Assembly: GCF_035084215.1 (NCBI RefSeq) | Contig: NW_027139666.1 | Location: forward strand, 2,170,001 to 2,234,000 | Origin: Heptranchias perlo | Lineage: Eukaryota | Reading direction: 5' to 3' | DNA: 64,000 bases | Shown: one piece after another, positions 38,246 through 53,744 of the stretch | How positions within the stretch are numbered: the first letter of the stretch is position 1 | Layout: every line of letters begins with the position of its first letter | The notes under the pieces: model-generated | What the model was told of the DNA's origin: nothing | The model's input: the letters and a program-made list of their open reading frames with translations, nothing else | The model's database searches: none | Position numbers and translations under genes: made by a program

Positions 38246-40159
38246 GTTACTGACTGAAGGGAGACGCTGATATCATGACATCAGTGTTGCTTTGAGCTGC
38301 TTTTGTCTCGTTGCAGACGTGATGAGGTATTAATGGGACTGGAGTCGGGGCACCGACCACAGTCCGGTACTTTAAACGGTGACCGATAGACCCAAGTCCA
38401 CACATCACCAGATTTCTTGTATTTATTTAAACTACTTGCCATGCTGGGTTCGTAAAGCATCACCAGAACTGATCGACTAACCTTGCTGCATCTGTGGGAT
38501 TCAGCGCTTCGCTCCGTTTCTGTTCTATTTTGTTGGATTATTAACATAACGCATCGAACACACTGGGGAATCACTGAAATGTAACTATGTACATGTGCCC
38601 AGTAGATCAGAAACATTAATCGCCTTTCGTCCTGTTAACAAGTAAACCGTGTTTAGAGTCCACCTACCCGCTTTGGTTCCATCTGGGGGATTAAACTGAT
38701 AAAGCGGGAGGGGAGGAGTCAGAATGAGGGCCAGAGCGGAGAGCGGCCTCTGATCTTCCAGCTCCACCTCCAGCTTTCTCCATCCGCCAATTTCAAACCG
38801 TTTATCGATAATAGAACCGAAACACAGCGCTCCCCACAAAACCTTACAGACTCGGGCTTCATTTTCAAGGATTTCCAGATACCCGGAGCTTTTAAGTAAG
38901 CCCCGTTACAATTAACAGTCAGTAATATTCCTGCCGAAATAGAGTCCCTTCTATCACAAGTCAACCCGCCTCCTTCCATTTCAGTGGTAGACCCGATTCC
39001 ATCTCCGCACACATCCCTCCCAGACGGGTTCAGCAGTTTATAAACACTTTATTCCAGCTGATTTGGAGAATCTCATGTGTTGTGCTTTGAATTATGACGC
39101 GTAGTTTTACCCTCTCAAAGAGACTCTCTCCCTGAATCTGTGAAAAAATTATGACCATGAACTGGGACTGGAACCGAACAAATCCCCAGTTGCAGTGAGG
39201 CCCGGCCTGGACATCTCATTCTCTCTGCTTTATATCGGACAATATCGCACCTTCATGTCCAGCACTAGAGAGAGAGACACACGTACACACCGTCAGTCTT
39301 ACACTTCCCATCAGTGTGTTCATATCACGCTCAATAATACTACCCCACTTTCATATATAGCACCAGAGAGTGAGAGAGGGAGAGGGCGACAGATACGGTG
39401 AGAGAGAGCGGAGAGACAAAGTGCCACAGCATCAGTTGCAGACTGACCTGTAAAGTTTCGTTTTATCCAGAAAGATCCCATTGGAGTGACAAAAGATGCA
39501 ATCTCATCTCTCACTGATATTGTACCAGAGGCAGACACACAATTAATCCCACACTCAGTGCAGAGAGTGATAAAAACAATGGGCCACATTTAACCCTCTC
39601 TTGCCTGTTGTACTATTTTCTGTTTTGCAGCACAGGGACGTTTGGTATTACTCCCAGTAATCGAGAATTTCAATCTGATTAAATTAATCTGGGACCGGTG
39701 CTGTCAGATATTAATCCTACACGGTCCCGACAAACACACTGACTCAGTCTTTCCTATTTCTTTCTCCAGGATTGGTTTGAGAAATCGTCCCCCCAGTTCC
39801 TTCCTCACGCGTCAGTTTTATCAGCAAAGAGTCCAAGAATGAATCAAAGCCATAGGCCCATTTCACAGCCGCCCACTTTATCTCTGAAAGGCTCTTTACA
39901 ATCAAAAGATACCGAGAGAAACAGCAGGGATGGAAACATCTAGTTTCATAGTTAGAGATTGTAAAGTCAGTCACGATTCCAGCGTTCGGCACTGGTGGAA
40001 TCCCATCTGTTTCCCATTCTGGTGCCTGTTCCTGCACTGCCTGTGGACCCCATTCCCTCTGACCTTTCCCCCAGCCCCACTTCCTTTGCTCAGACTCTGA
40101 AAAATTCCAATTGGGGAAAGTTTCCATCGATTTTTGTATTGGGAATTAAACCAGATATC

Positions 40160-41345
40160 TGCGCATGCGCGACTCAGCTCCGCCCCCAGGTCTGCTTGTT
40201 GGTGAGCAGAAGAGCGCATGCGCGGTCCCTCCCCCAGTTCGGCCTGTGAGCGCCATTCCCTCAGTGAGCGGAATAAGATGGTTTAAAACAGCCGGGAATG
40301 GAGAGATCACGGCCCCCGGGGGAAGGGAGCAAAGAGCAGCCTCGTTACAGCAGCTCATCGCTTCGGGACCGTGTCCGCAGATGGGCTCAGAGATCGGCAT
40401 TGAGTCCGGGTGAAGGTCAGGGGGAGTCCGGGGGCTGTTTGTAAGAGGCGGAGTGGATCAGGATCTGGTCCCGGAACATGGAGTGAGAGTGGGAAGGGAG
40501 AGTCCATTCTTGGGCTCGAGGTGTGCAGGGTGTGTCCAGCGTAAGGGAGACAGAATGGGAAGAACCTGCTATTTAAAATCATTGCTGCTTTCTCTCCCCA
40601 AACCAGTAGTGAATGTTCCTGGTTTCGTTCCAGTCTCACCCTGTTTGTTGTTATTGGACAGTGACGGGTGGAAACAGAGCCGGACAGGAAGGATGTGGGG
40701 AGTTATACAAAGAGCATCTATTGAAGGCACCAGGTGAGAAGTGTGAAGGACACATTTTAAACAACGGCTGTTTGGTTTCATTTGAACGGTTAGTCCCATG
40801 GGAGAGGGGATTAGAGACCTGACCTGTACAAAGGTCCCTGCCCCATCGGGTAGTGCCACTCATGGATCAGTGCAGGGGTTGGGTTGTGTCTGGATGTCAC
40901 GAAATTGTTGTAAAACAGCCCAACACACGTGGTGTGCAGAAGCTGAGTGCTGCAGTACTGCAGTGGAGTCAGACACTGACACTGTTTGTATCGCTGATTT
41001 TCATTTGTGGATATTCAAAATAATCATTAACATAGAAATTAATTCGAACACTTTTGTATTTTCTGCCTCACTGGTTCTTGAGTTACAAGAGATAAATTTC
41101 TTCCTACAAGCAAATCGTTGAAGGACCCAGAATCAGTGTTATGTTTCCTCCACTCGAGGCACAAGGAACAGTGCAGCCCACTCCTTCTCCCACACAGTAA
41201 GTACATTATCACACACAGCGCACAGAGACACAGAATGGTCATCAGTTCCACAGTCTCAGACAGTAGAAGCACTCAGTCCCACACTGATCCCAAGTTCCAC
41301 AGACACATTTTCAATCCAACATTCAAACAGAGCAGGTGAGGCAGA
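40160..41345 (+). other. Module copy B: NRF1 promoter plus putative spliced non-coding exons
   Basis: NRF1 palindromes at 40160 and 40214; donors at 40410, 40734, 41198 (gtaagt) and 41336 (gtgagg); acceptor at 40661; no credible ORF. Confidence 0.4.
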
Positions 41346-41399
41346 CGCTGTTCCATTTGCTCCGAGCTGAGTCCCGCTGACAGGCAGATACAAAAATCC

Positions 41400-44300
41400 C
41401 AGTCCAAGATCACACTATCAGATTGAAAGGCACTGTGTCAATCTCACAATAGGGCAACATTAGGTACGAATTAAATAACAGATCGAAATCACACATGGCA
41501 CCCGATTGGAAGGGACAGAATGAAACCCAATAATGTACCCTGAGTTTCCAATTGAATACTTGCCCAGAACTCACACACACATGTTCGTTCACTGCACTAT
41601 TGGAATGGATATTGCATGTATCATGTGATACAAATTCCATATATGTCCAAAACTCATGTACAGTATCAGATTGAGAAATGCTGTGACAGTGTAACCTGAG
41701 AAACAAATTAGATATCAGTTTATAATACACTCATAGTATGAGATTTATAGATACAGTATCAATTCTATTCGTGCAGACTGAGATACACATTATATACCAT
41801 TTGAAAAGTGTCACCATATCAATTTGAAATGTACATTATCATTCACAATTGTACTTTCAGAGATACAGATTAAAAAGTAGTTCAAAAAGCACACAAATTA
41901 TCTGATTAAAACCTACAGCGTCAAATCCTAAAGTTTACCCATATTTACCAGTTAAATAATGAGAAATATGACCTAAACATGAAGATATTAAAGCTACAAT
42001 TTTGAACGCAATAAGGCAATCTGAGAGAATAATTACATGCAAATACAGAATGAATCTCACACTCAGATACAGTACCAGAGACTGACAGATGCAGAAGGAA
42101 TCCCAAACTCACATACAATACTAGAGACTGACAGACACGGAGCGAATCCTACACTCACATATGGTACCAGAGATGACAGATACAGATTGAATCCCACACT
42201 GGCATACAGTACCAAGGACTGCTAGATATCTGGTTAATTACTCACTCTCATAAAGTAATAGAGACTGACAGATAATTAATGACACCCACATTCACACAGT
42301 ACCAGAGTCTGACAGATAGAGAATGAATCACACACTCACACAAAGTACCAGAGACTGACAGATAGAGAATGCATCCCACACCAACATGCAGTCTGAGAGG
42401 CTGCATATATAGAATGAATTCAACACCCACATACAAGACTGGAGACTGAAAGACATAGAATAAATCCCACACTCACAGTATCAGAGACTGCATATATGGA
42501 ATAAATCACAAACTCACACACACTACTGACAAGATACAGAATGAATCTCACACTCACACACTGTTCCAGAGACTGGGAGATACAAAATGAATCACACATT
42601 AGTGCAGGCTGAGTAACACATTACTTACCAGTCCAAGAAGTATCAGATTGAAAGATACAGTATCAATTCCATTAGTGCAGACTGATCTACACATTATAAA
42701 CCACGACAAAAAACTGATGCAAATTCACTCTGAAATATACAGTTTTCCATTCATGCAGACTAAGCTACACGTCATATACAAGTTCAAAAATGTCACTTTA
42801 TCAGTTTGGAAGATAAACTAATGCACAATTGTGTTCACATCGATACAGATTTAATAGTATTCTCAAAAGTGCACACATTCTCTGACTATATTCTACAGAA
42901 TTTCATTATCAGCCAATTAAACACTGGGAAAAATATGCATACATTGAGGTATTAAAGATACAGATTTGAACACCATACTGTAAATGGAGATACAAATTAC
43001 ATAGAGATAAAGAATGAATCTCACACTCAGATAGTGGGCCAGAGACTGACAAACTGAAGGAAAGCAGCGCTCACACAATGTAACAGTGACTGACAGATAG
43101 AGAATGAATCCTATATTCACACACAGTACAAGGGATTGACAGATATAGAATGAATCACATACTTCCAAAGTACCAGAGCCTGACAGATACAGAATGAATC
43201 ACACATTCACAGACAGTACTTGGGACTGACAGATACAGAATGAATCTCACAGTCACACACATTAATGCAGTCTGAGTTACACAATACTTATCAGTCCAAA
43301 AATCTCACAGTGTCAGATTGAAAGATACATTATCAATTGCATTAGTGCAGACTGATCTACACATTATAAACCACTACAAAAAAACTGAAAACGATTCAGA
43401 CTGAAATACACTGTGTTCCATTCATGCAGACTGAGCTCCACATGATATAAAAGTTCAAAAATGTCACCATATCATTTTGGTAGATGAACTAATTCACAAT
43501 TGTTTTCCCATCGATACAGATTTAATTGAAGTCCAAAAAGTGCCCACATTCTCTGATTATAACCTACATTACATTTTAAAATGTATCATTATCTACCAAT
43601 TAAACACTGGGAAAAATATTGATACATTGAGGTATTAAAGATAGTTTTGACCACCATAGTGTAAACGGAGATGCAAATTACATACAGATAAAGAATGAAT
43701 CTCACACTCAGATAGAGGGCCAGATACTGAGATGCAGATTGAAACCAACACTCAAACAATGTAACATTGACTGACAGATACCGAATGAATCCGACACTCA
43801 CACACAGCACAAGGGACTGACAGACATGGAATGAATCACACACTCCCACAGTACCAGAGGCTGACAAATAGAATGAAACCCACACTCGCACAATATACCA
43901 GTGATTGACAGATACAGAATGAATCCTACACTCACACAACGTAACAGTGACTGACAGATACCGAATGAATCCGACACTCACACACAGTACAAGGGACTGA
44001 CAGACATAGAATGAATCACACACTTCCACAGTACCAGAGACTGAAAAACAGAATGAAACCCACACTCGCACACTGTAGCACGGACTGACGGAGACAACAT
44101 TCATATCACTCACAAACAGTACTAGAAATTGATAGATGCAGAATGAATGACTCCCTCACATATATCGCCTGACACTGAGGGGAACAGAATGAAACCCTCA
44201 TTCACACACAATACCAGGGTCTAACAGATATTGAATGAATCCCACACTCACATACTGTACCAGAGACTGACAGATACAGAATGAATCCCACACTCACACA

Positions 44301-45336
44301 CAGTACCAGGGACTGACAGATACAGAATGATTCCCACACTCACATTCAGTACCAGGGACTGACAGATACAGAATGAATCCCACACTCACATTCAGTACCA
44401 GGGACTGACATACACAGAATGAATCTCACACTCACATGCAATACCAGAGACTGATCGATACAGAATGAAACCCACACTCACACACAGCACCAGAGACTGA
44501 CAGATACAGAATGAATCCCACATTCACACACAGTACCAGAGACTGACAGATACAGAATGAATCCCACACCCACATACAGCACCAGAGACTGACAGATACA
44601 AAATTAAGCTCACTCACACACAGTACCAGAAACTGACAGGAACACAATGAATCCCACACTCACAGACAGTACTCACAGGCATTATTGCAGATCTGAGCTA
44701 CACATTACATACCAGTCCAATAATTTCACCATGAACAGATTGAAAGGTACATTATCATTCACATATGAGTTTAGAGATTAAGATGAAACACTACTCCAAA
44801 ACCCACACACTTTGTTTGATTAAAGAAAATCGAAAAATATATCCATATTTACAAATTAAATACTTGACGAAAAACTGCATATACTTTAAAGTATGAAAGA
44901 TACAGTTTCAAGTAAAATACTGGGAACTGAAATAAGAATACAGAGTGAATCCAGATTTGCACTTTGTCTCAGGGACTGAATTACAGAATGAATGCCACAC
45001 TGAGATAAAGTAGCTGAGAATGGCAGATGCAGAATGAATCGCACACTCACAGATAGCACAAGAGACTGACAGTAACAGAGTTAATTCCACACTTATGTAC
45101 AGTACCTGAGACTGGCAGATACAGAATTAATCCCTCTCTCATATACAGTGAAAGAGACTGGCAGATACAGAACGATCCTAAACTCATATGTAGTGCCAGA
45201 GACTGAGAGATACAGAATAAATACCATGCTCATACTCAGTACCAGAGAATGACAGATGCAGAATGAATCCCACACACACAGTATCAGAGATTGACAGATA
45301 CAGATGAAATCCCGCTCTCATGCACAGTACAAGAGA
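41400..45336 (+). repeat. Composite 82/46-bp satellite block (opposite orientation to 25.5-30.5 kb)
   Basis: acagtaccagagactgacagatacagaatgaatcccacactcacac arrays. Confidence 0.92.
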
Positions 45337-46034
45337 CTGACCTCTACTGGACGTAGGCGAGAACTGTGAAAGAGCGGAAAACAAATTCACATTATCTGTC
45401 GTGGTTGCAGAAACAGGACAATGTGCAATGTGAGGAAAGTTTCTGTCTGTCACTTCTACTCTCGTAATTTTGCACGTTTTGTGACTGCAAAATGAAGACA
45501 ATTGATTCAAAATAAAGTTTTTGTTTCACTCATTCGATAGTTGTGAATTTACCCCGTTATTTTTCACTTGCATTGCGCAGTATTTCTCTCTGATTTCTCA
45601 GGACACGATTTACATTGCTCCTCTACCCCTTTTAAACTCATATTTTCCAAGCAGTATGTGGCCTCCTTATTCCCCCTAACAAAATGCACCAGCTCACAAC
45701 TTTCTATATTGAAATTCAATGCGCATTTACACGGCCGTTCTGCAAGTATATTTTGTCGAAGTATTGGCTATAATCCCAAAATCAATTACAAGAATTTAAC
45801 ACAGCATTAAAACCAATGTTTGGTCTAACAAAATGTATTTGCATCTCGTCTCCATTCCCAGTTTTTCTAAATCACACTCGTGCAAGATATTGTGAAGAAT
45901 GAGTTTATCTTCTGTCCCTCTCTCATCTGCAAACTTCAATGACCCGGGGTTTGGGGACATCTACTGGCCGGAACCAGAACTGCAACAGTTCGGAACAAAT
46001 TGCTGAAACCGAACAATGTGCAGTGGGAGCGTGT

Positions 46035-46200
46035 TTGTGATTGGTGGCAGGTTCTAAATCTGATTGGTTTCTTCAGATATCCAATCAGAGAGTTACAGTG
46101 AATAATTATTGTTACATCACTATCAGTGGCCCAATCACAATCATTGCCTTCCCCCATCCCACATTAGCATAGGGCTGTGCGGCTTCCTATTTAATCCGAG
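46035..46200 (+). promoter_or_regulatory. H2B promoter (CCAAT boxes, octamer variant, TATA-like)
   Basis: gattgg x2, ccaatc x2, attagcat at ~46163, ctatttaa at ~46187. Confidence 0.65.
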
Positions 46201-46247
46201 CTCGGAGCGGATTTGGGTCATTTCTGAGTCTCAAATTGAGTTTGAAA

Positions 46248-46622
46248 ATGCCTGAGGACAAGAAAGCAGCTCCCAAGAAGGGCGCCAAGAAAACCTTGAG
46301 TAAAGCACCAGCCAAGGGCGGTAAGAAGCGGAGAAAGTCGAGGAAGGAGAGTTACTCCATCTACATCTACAAAGTGATGAAGCAGGTTCACCCCGACACC
46401 GGCATCTCCTCCAAGGCCATGGGCATCATGAACTCCTTTGTGAACGATATTTTCGAGCGCATCGCGGGTGAGGCTCCCCGCCTGGCCCATTACAACAAGC
46501 GGGCGACCATCAGCTCCCGGGAGATCCAGACCGCCGTGCGCCTGCTGCTGCCCGGGGAACTGGCCAAGCACGCTGTGTCGGAAGGGACAAAGGCGGTGAC
46601 CAAGTACACCAGCTCCAAGTGA
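46248..46622 (+). CDS. H2B: Histone H2B (124 aa) with an unusual Ser>Pro in helix alpha2
   Basis: Intronless [36 protein letters not shown]; stem-loop at 46655. Confidence 0.97.
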   Translation: MPEDKKAAPKKGAKKTLSKAPAKGGKKRRKSRKESYSIYIYKVMKQVHPDTGISSKAMGIMNSFVNDIFERIAGEAPRLAHYNKRATISSREIQTAVRLLLPGELAKHAVSEGTKAVTKYTSSK

Positions 46623-46654
46623 AACTCCACAATGTACTGAAAAAAAACCACAAC

Positions 46655-46697
46655 GGCTCTTTTAAGAGCCACCCACAACCTCTCTGAAAGAGCTGCA
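46655..46697 (+). terminator. Histone stem-loop + HDE
   Basis: ggctcttttaagagcc accca..gaaagagctg. Confidence 0.95.
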
Positions 46698-47477
46698 GTT
46701 CCTATATAATTGCTTAGTATCTTTTTAATACCGCGATATTATTCCAATCCAAAACTGATACTGTAACTGCACCGTTGAAATTTCTGACCCATAAACTGAA
46801 CGCGAGTTTCTGATCCGCTCCTTCCCATTCGTTTTGTTCTTAAAGCGTTACTATTCCAGCCACGAACACACCCTGAATGACCCCGGGAGCAATTCCATTA
46901 TCTCTATGAATTCAATCTCAGAAATGTTTAATGTCTGAGGTGAAAATCCCCATATTAAAAGCAAACGCACCTCTTGCAGAAACACAGCGGAATAGGGGCA
47001 GAATGAGAATTCCGTCCGGGTCCCTCGTTTCATAGAAGCACTCCCGGCTCTGTGAGAAAGGAACAAACTATAACGTGTGACTTTCATAAAGACTGAATTG
47101 AAACGTGTCCCTTCACGGAATGCTATGAATGGGGCTTTAGTCCCGTCCGGTACAGTTTGTAAGCGATAATAGAATGAGCCATAAATTAAAGCAGATTTTA
47201 AAACAGCGCCAGCGATTGGTGACGGGTAGCGCTGAATAAGACAAGATAAAATGAATGGGTTTAAAATCTTGTGCTCAGGGCGACATTGATCTAAATCCGG
47301 TCCTTTACGACACTGGCGGGTTTTTTGAAATTCATAAAATTCCTGATCTGTCCGTTGAGGCCGTTAAATCCCGCCCTCATCTAATTTCCAGCTATCTGAT
47401 TGGTTATTGAAATAGGCAAATGAGGTGTAATAATGCCCAACCAATCAGATGATCTTTCAGTCAATAAAAAGGGTTAA

Positions 47478-47924
<447 letters not shown>

Positions 47925-47954
47925 ACCGGTCAAGATTTAATCTGATAACCCAAA

Positions 47955-47996
47955 GGCTCTTTTCAGAGCCACCCACTGTATCTATGAAAGGGCTGA
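47955..47996 (+). terminator. Histone stem-loop + HDE
   Basis: ggctcttttcagagcc accca..gaaagggctg. Confidence 0.95.
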
Positions 47997-48869
47997 AGCG
48001 AGTCAGAGCTTAATTTAATAATAAATCGCTTAGTTAGAAACTAACGATATGTTGTTGAATACAAATAATCTGTTCAATACTCGCTTCTGGACAGTAGATG
48101 TCGCCAACCTCCAATAGGTTGAAATTTACAGATTGTATAGGAAATGAGGCACAAAATAATCAGTTCATTAAACTGGGAGGGTGGAATACATAAATAACAG
48201 GTGAGTTTGATCATCGGCAACAAGAGGCACTCTATTGTGTTGCGGCCATTATTGTAAGTGTTATTTACAGTCTCATCCTCCCAGAACACTTACTCGGTCT
48301 GACTTCCAATACCCAGATTTGTCCGCCAGAAGGTGACGGATGTGTTGATTATTGTGTCAGCGATTGCTGAATCAGTGAATGAAATTTGTCTGTTATTGGC
48401 TGAGTGAGGGATTTATTCTGTCCCTGTCAGTCTGTTCCTGTGTCAGTGACGAGTACCGCAGTGAATGTGACACTAAGTTTTACACTGCTTCTGATTCTAG
48501 CGCTGAGCGAAAACACTTAAGTTCTATTCGTGCGAGTTACAGTGAAACAGCCTCTGTCACAATAACTGGAGAGGGAAAATAGACAAACTTTATTTGATCC
48601 GAGTCTGGTTCATTAGAAATGAAAATATTTCCAACAGTGCCAAGCTGATACTATATCGGAAATGTAAACTTGCATCTCTTGTACTTTGCACGCGTGCCGG
48701 AGCCTCTCCCTGTATCGATGTCCGAGTTAGAGTGACACTGTGGGTGTAGATGCCTCACGTGAAAGTGTAGGACCGGAATCAGACCATTCTGTACCTGTTT
48801 GCCAGTAGTTTCCCTGTCCAAATGTGCCACTGGATGTGTTGATGGGTTAACAGTTATTAAACTGATCAC

Positions 48870-50860
48870 TTACGTATTTTCTACCTCACCTGTTCTTGAG
48901 TTACATGCGATACGTTTCTTTCTACAGGCAAACCCTTGAACAAGCCAGAGTGAATGTGACGTTTCCTCCACCCGAGGCAAAGGAACAGTGCAGCCAGCGC
49001 CTTCTCACACACAGTAGGTATATTATCACTCTGAGAGCACAGAGACACAGACAGGTCATCAGTTCCACAGTCTCAGACAGCAGAAGTAGTCAGTCCCACA
49101 CTGATCCCAAGTTCCAGAGACACATTTTCAATCCAACAGCCAAACAGAGGAGGTGAGGCAAACACTGTTCCATTTCTCCCGAACTCAGTCCCGCTGACAG
49201 GTGGATTCAAAAATTCCAGTCCAAAGTCTCGTTTTCAGATTGTCAATTTCACAAAATGGCAATGTTAGCCGTGAATTAAATACCAGGTACCCCGAGATTC
49301 AAATTGAATACGAGCCCAGAACTCTCACACACACGTGAGTTCAATACATGCCTTATTCATTCGAATAGTGCATCATTCGGATACAAATTGCAAGTCCAAA
49401 ACTCATGTACAATATCAGATTGAGAAATGCTGTGACAGTATAACCTGAGAAACACATTAGATACCAGTTTATAATATACTCATGTTAAGAGATTTAATGA
49501 CACAGTATCACAGACACACAAGTCCAAAAATCTTACAATCAAAAATTAAAGATGCAGCATCAATTCATTTCGTGCAGACTGATCTGCACATTATGTACCA
49601 ATTCAAAAATGTCAGTTTGAAAGATACATTATCATTCATAATATTACTCAGAGATACAGATTTAATAGTTGTCCAAAAAGCACACAAATTATCTGATTAA
49701 AACCTCCAGCATCAAATCCTAAAGTGTATCCATATTGATAAAAACTATTTAAACATTAAGATATTGAACACCATAATGTAATCTGAGAGAATAAATATAG
49801 ACACAGAATGAATCTCACACTCAGATACAGTACAGAGATTGACATGCAGAAGGAATCCCAAACTCACATACAGTACTAGAGACTGACAGATACAGAGTGA
49901 ATCCCACACTCACACACAGTACCAGAGACTAACAGATAAAGAATAAATCCCTTACTCACACACAGTACCAGAGACTGACAGATACAGAATGTATCCCACA
50001 TTCACACACAGTACCAGAGACTAACAAATACAGAATGCACCCCACACTCACACACAGGACAAGAGACTGACAGATTTAGATTGAATCCTACATTCAAATA
50101 CAGTACCAGAGACTGACAGATACAGAATGAATCCCACACTCACACACAGTACCAGAAACTGACAGATACAGAATGAATCCCACACTCACACACAGTACCA
50201 GAGACGGACAGATCCAGAATGAATCCAACATTCACACACAGGCCAAGAGACTGACAGATACAGAATAAATCCCTCTCTCACACACAGTACCAGAAACTGA
50301 CGAATACAGAATGTACCCCACACTCACACACAGGACAAGAGACAGAGAGATTTAGAATTAATCCCACATTCAAATACAGTACCAGAGACTGACAGATACA
50401 GAATGAATCCCACACTCACACATAGTACCAGAGACTGACAGATACAGGATGATTCCCACACTCACACACAGTACCAGAGAATGACAGATACAGAATGAAT
50501 CCCACACTCGCACACAGTACCAGAGACTGACAGATCTCGAAAGAATCCCACACTCACACACAGTACCCGAGACTGACAGATACAGAATGAATCCCACACT
50601 CACACACAGTACCAGAGACTGATAGATAGAGAATGAATCCCACACTCACACACAGTACCAGAGACTGATAGATACAGAATGAATCCCACAGCGCACACAG
50701 TACGAGAGACTGACAGATACAGAATGAATCCCACACTCACACACAGTACACGAGACTGATAGATACAGAATGAATCCCACACTCACACACATTACCAGAG
50801 ACTGACAGATTCAGAATGAATCCGACTCACATACGGGACCAGAGACTGACAGATACAGAG
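48870..50860 (+). repeat. Partial module copy C plus 82/46-bp satellite (most homogeneous 46-mer array at 49870-50860)
   Basis: 48870-49340 homologous to 41050-41580; about 20 tandem 46-mers. Confidence 0.9.
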
Positions 50861-51389
50861 TTGCTGCTTTACTCGGTCATCATCCTTTGAATCTGGTGGA
50901 TAAATGGAAAGAAATTAAGTGAAACTACTCCATTTTAATGTTTGCCTCTGTAGAATTTACTGCCCAATAAAGTGAACACGGGGCCGGGGTCCGTTCAATT
51001 CCCTTTTGCTTTGCTCTCGCTCTCATTCAGATTTACACCGCCCCCGGTTTTCCCGTGAACCACCAGTTTCAGGGCTATGAATCAGAATTCAGTTCCTTCC
51101 TCTTTCTCACTGTGGAGCCAATCTCTGAAATAATTAATTACTGATCTTAATATCCCGCATATTAGCAGCACGTTCCCCGCAGTGTAACAATCCAGAATGA
51201 ACGACTGGAGAAAAGAATTGGCTCATTTTCAGGCTTCGTCCATGATTCCGTTTTCAGGACACACGGTTCCTGTTCAGTCCCTGCAACGGAATCAATTGAT
51301 AACCTGGAGTTTGTTATTTTTACAGGTAGAAGTGAAATTTGTCCATATCAGCAATCTATGATTGGGGTTATATTCCGCACGTTATAGAC

Positions 51390-51660
51390 AATGTGTTTTT
51401 GAAACAGCGCTCGGAATTTGGGACGTGTAATACGGAATAACATTATTACAAAGAGATTTTAAGTCTTTGTGTAAAAACGACATGTCCGAGTAACTTCACT
51501 TATTTCATACACTGAAATTGGCGGCTTTTTTCAAATTTTAAAAAATCGGTCAATTGTGGCCAACAATTTGCTCCGTTTTCTTATTGTCGTCTCTCCGATT
51601 GGTTAAGGAAATTAGTTTTCAAGCAAAGCAACCAATGAGAAGTAGTCTCGGTTTTGAGCG
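51390..51660 (+). promoter_or_regulatory. Orphan histone (H2A-type) upstream region without a gene
   Basis: Homologous to 47195-47450 and to the reverse of 54720-54990: ttggcgg..ttcaaat, gattgg, ccaat. Confidence 0.55.
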
Positions 51661-52148
51661 GGGTTTGCCAGTTGGGCCTGTGGTAATTCCAGGTCCCCAA
51701 TGACTGAGCTCAAACGGTTCAATTTCACAAACCCTCTCAGTATCAGTGTCAGAAACAACCGTCAGAGGGAAAATCCATATCACAAGCTGGGCCCTTATCA
51801 CAGCGGCACAGCTCAACCTGTTCTCCCATGGAAACCCCCGGTCCCACATCACAACATCTGACTGATAAATGGAAACAAAACAGAGCGAATGGAGTGAAGG
51901 AACATTTCAGCGAGGTGGTGGGGGGGGGGGGAATTCAGCTCCGGGTAAACTCACTTATAACGTTTCCTGGACAATTCAGTGCATTCAATAAGGGAAAGTT
52001 CCCTCTCAGTAACCGGTACAGCTCGCCGCCGATCCCACCTCACCGTACTGTGTGTCACAGAAAACTCTTTAATTGTAAAACTATTCCCGAGCCCCATATA
52101 ACCCCGCACCAGTTCCCAGGTCAGTGCTCTCTCTGTGAGGCGGTGGGT

Positions 52149-52164
52149 GGCTCTTAGAAGAGCC
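52149..52164 (-). terminator. Histone stem-loop (H4)
   Basis: ggctcttctaagagcc accca on the minus strand. Confidence 0.95.
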
Positions 52165-52199
52165 TTTGGTTTGTGTCCGGTTAGAAAGGGTCGAGTTGT

Positions 52200-52520
<321 letters not shown>

Positions 52521-53039
52521 TCACTCAGATCGCTGCTGAATGAAAGACTCTCGCCTTTCTTCTGCATTTATAAAGCCCGCCCCGACCTGGTTGAGAAATG
52601 CACATTATCGGAGAGTCCGGGGAAGAGTGTTTGAATGACAGACAGAGCATGAAGTGCGGGAGAGGAGGAGACTGGCTCAGAATGACGGACAAGCGGACGT
52701 GCATATTAAAGCTCCGCCTCCAGGAATTAGTTACCGTCCTTTATAAAATTTTCACCAGCATCAAATAGGAAATACAAATTCAGAGACAATCCTTACAGAC
52801 TCCGGCTTGATATTCAAGGGTTTCCAGAAAAAAAGGCGGAATATACAATTTAAATTCAATAAATGAGGCACACTACAGTTCCAACACAATCACTTTCATA
52901 ATAAAATCAATCAATGCCGCTACGGAAACGTTGGAAGAGGGATAGTTTTAGTTTCAGATTTGTAGCTGACAGGAGGCGCCCAATAGTTTAATAAACATCA
53001 ATCGGTGTGGAAGGCAATCTGTACCTTTCCGTGCTTGGG

Positions 53040-53735
53040 TCAGTATGGGACTGGATAGAATCAGGCACTGGGATGAATGGAGAATGATCCTGTGTGGGGA
53101 CTGGGTAGATTCAGGTCCTGGGATGGACAGAGACAGTTAGTGTGTGGGTACAATGCGTTTATTGGAGCTGAAGTCATTGGGAACTGGACAGAATCAGGGA
53201 ACGGAATGGACAGACCCAGGTCCTGTATGGGGACTGCATGGATTCAGGGACCAGGATGGACAGACCCAGGTCTTGTGTGGGGACTGGATAGATTCAGATA
53301 TTGGATGGACAGACCCAGGTCCTGTGTGTGGACTGGATAGATTCAGGTATTGGATGGACAGACCCAGGTCCTGTGTGTGGACTGGATAGATTCAGGTATT
53401 GGATGGACAGACCCAGTTCCTGTGTGTGGACTGCATATATTCAGGGACCGGGATGGACAGAGACAGTTCCTGTGTGGGTAAAATGAGTTTAATTAGAGCT
53501 GAGGTCATTGGGGACTGGATAGATTCAGGGACCGGAATGGATGGAGATTGGTCATGTGTGGCTATTATGAATTGAATTAGAGCTGGAGTCAGTGTGAAAT
53601 TGGATAGATTCAGGGACCGGGATGGACATACCCAGGTCCTGTGTGGGGACTGGATGGATTCAGTGGTCGGGATGGACAGACCCAGGTCCTGTTTGGGGAC
53701 TGGATCGATTCCGGGACCGGGATGGACAGAGACTT
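53040..53735 (+). repeat. 49-50 bp minisatellite
   Basis: ggactggatagattcagg..ggatggacagacccaggtcctgtgtg; period 49 at 53281/53330/53379. Confidence 0.88.
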
Positions 53736-53744
53736 GACCCTGGC

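Noticed and set aside
38329-38471. Possible C/D snoRNA (gtgatga..ctga)
   Set aside because: No terminal stem, recognisable guide or host intron
49870-50860. Regular repeat array as a CRISPR or as a C2H2 zinc-finger array (gagtgtggga resembles ECGK codons)
   Set aside because: Head-to-tail units with no unique spacers and no cas genes; no 84-bp period and no HTGE linker or His pair
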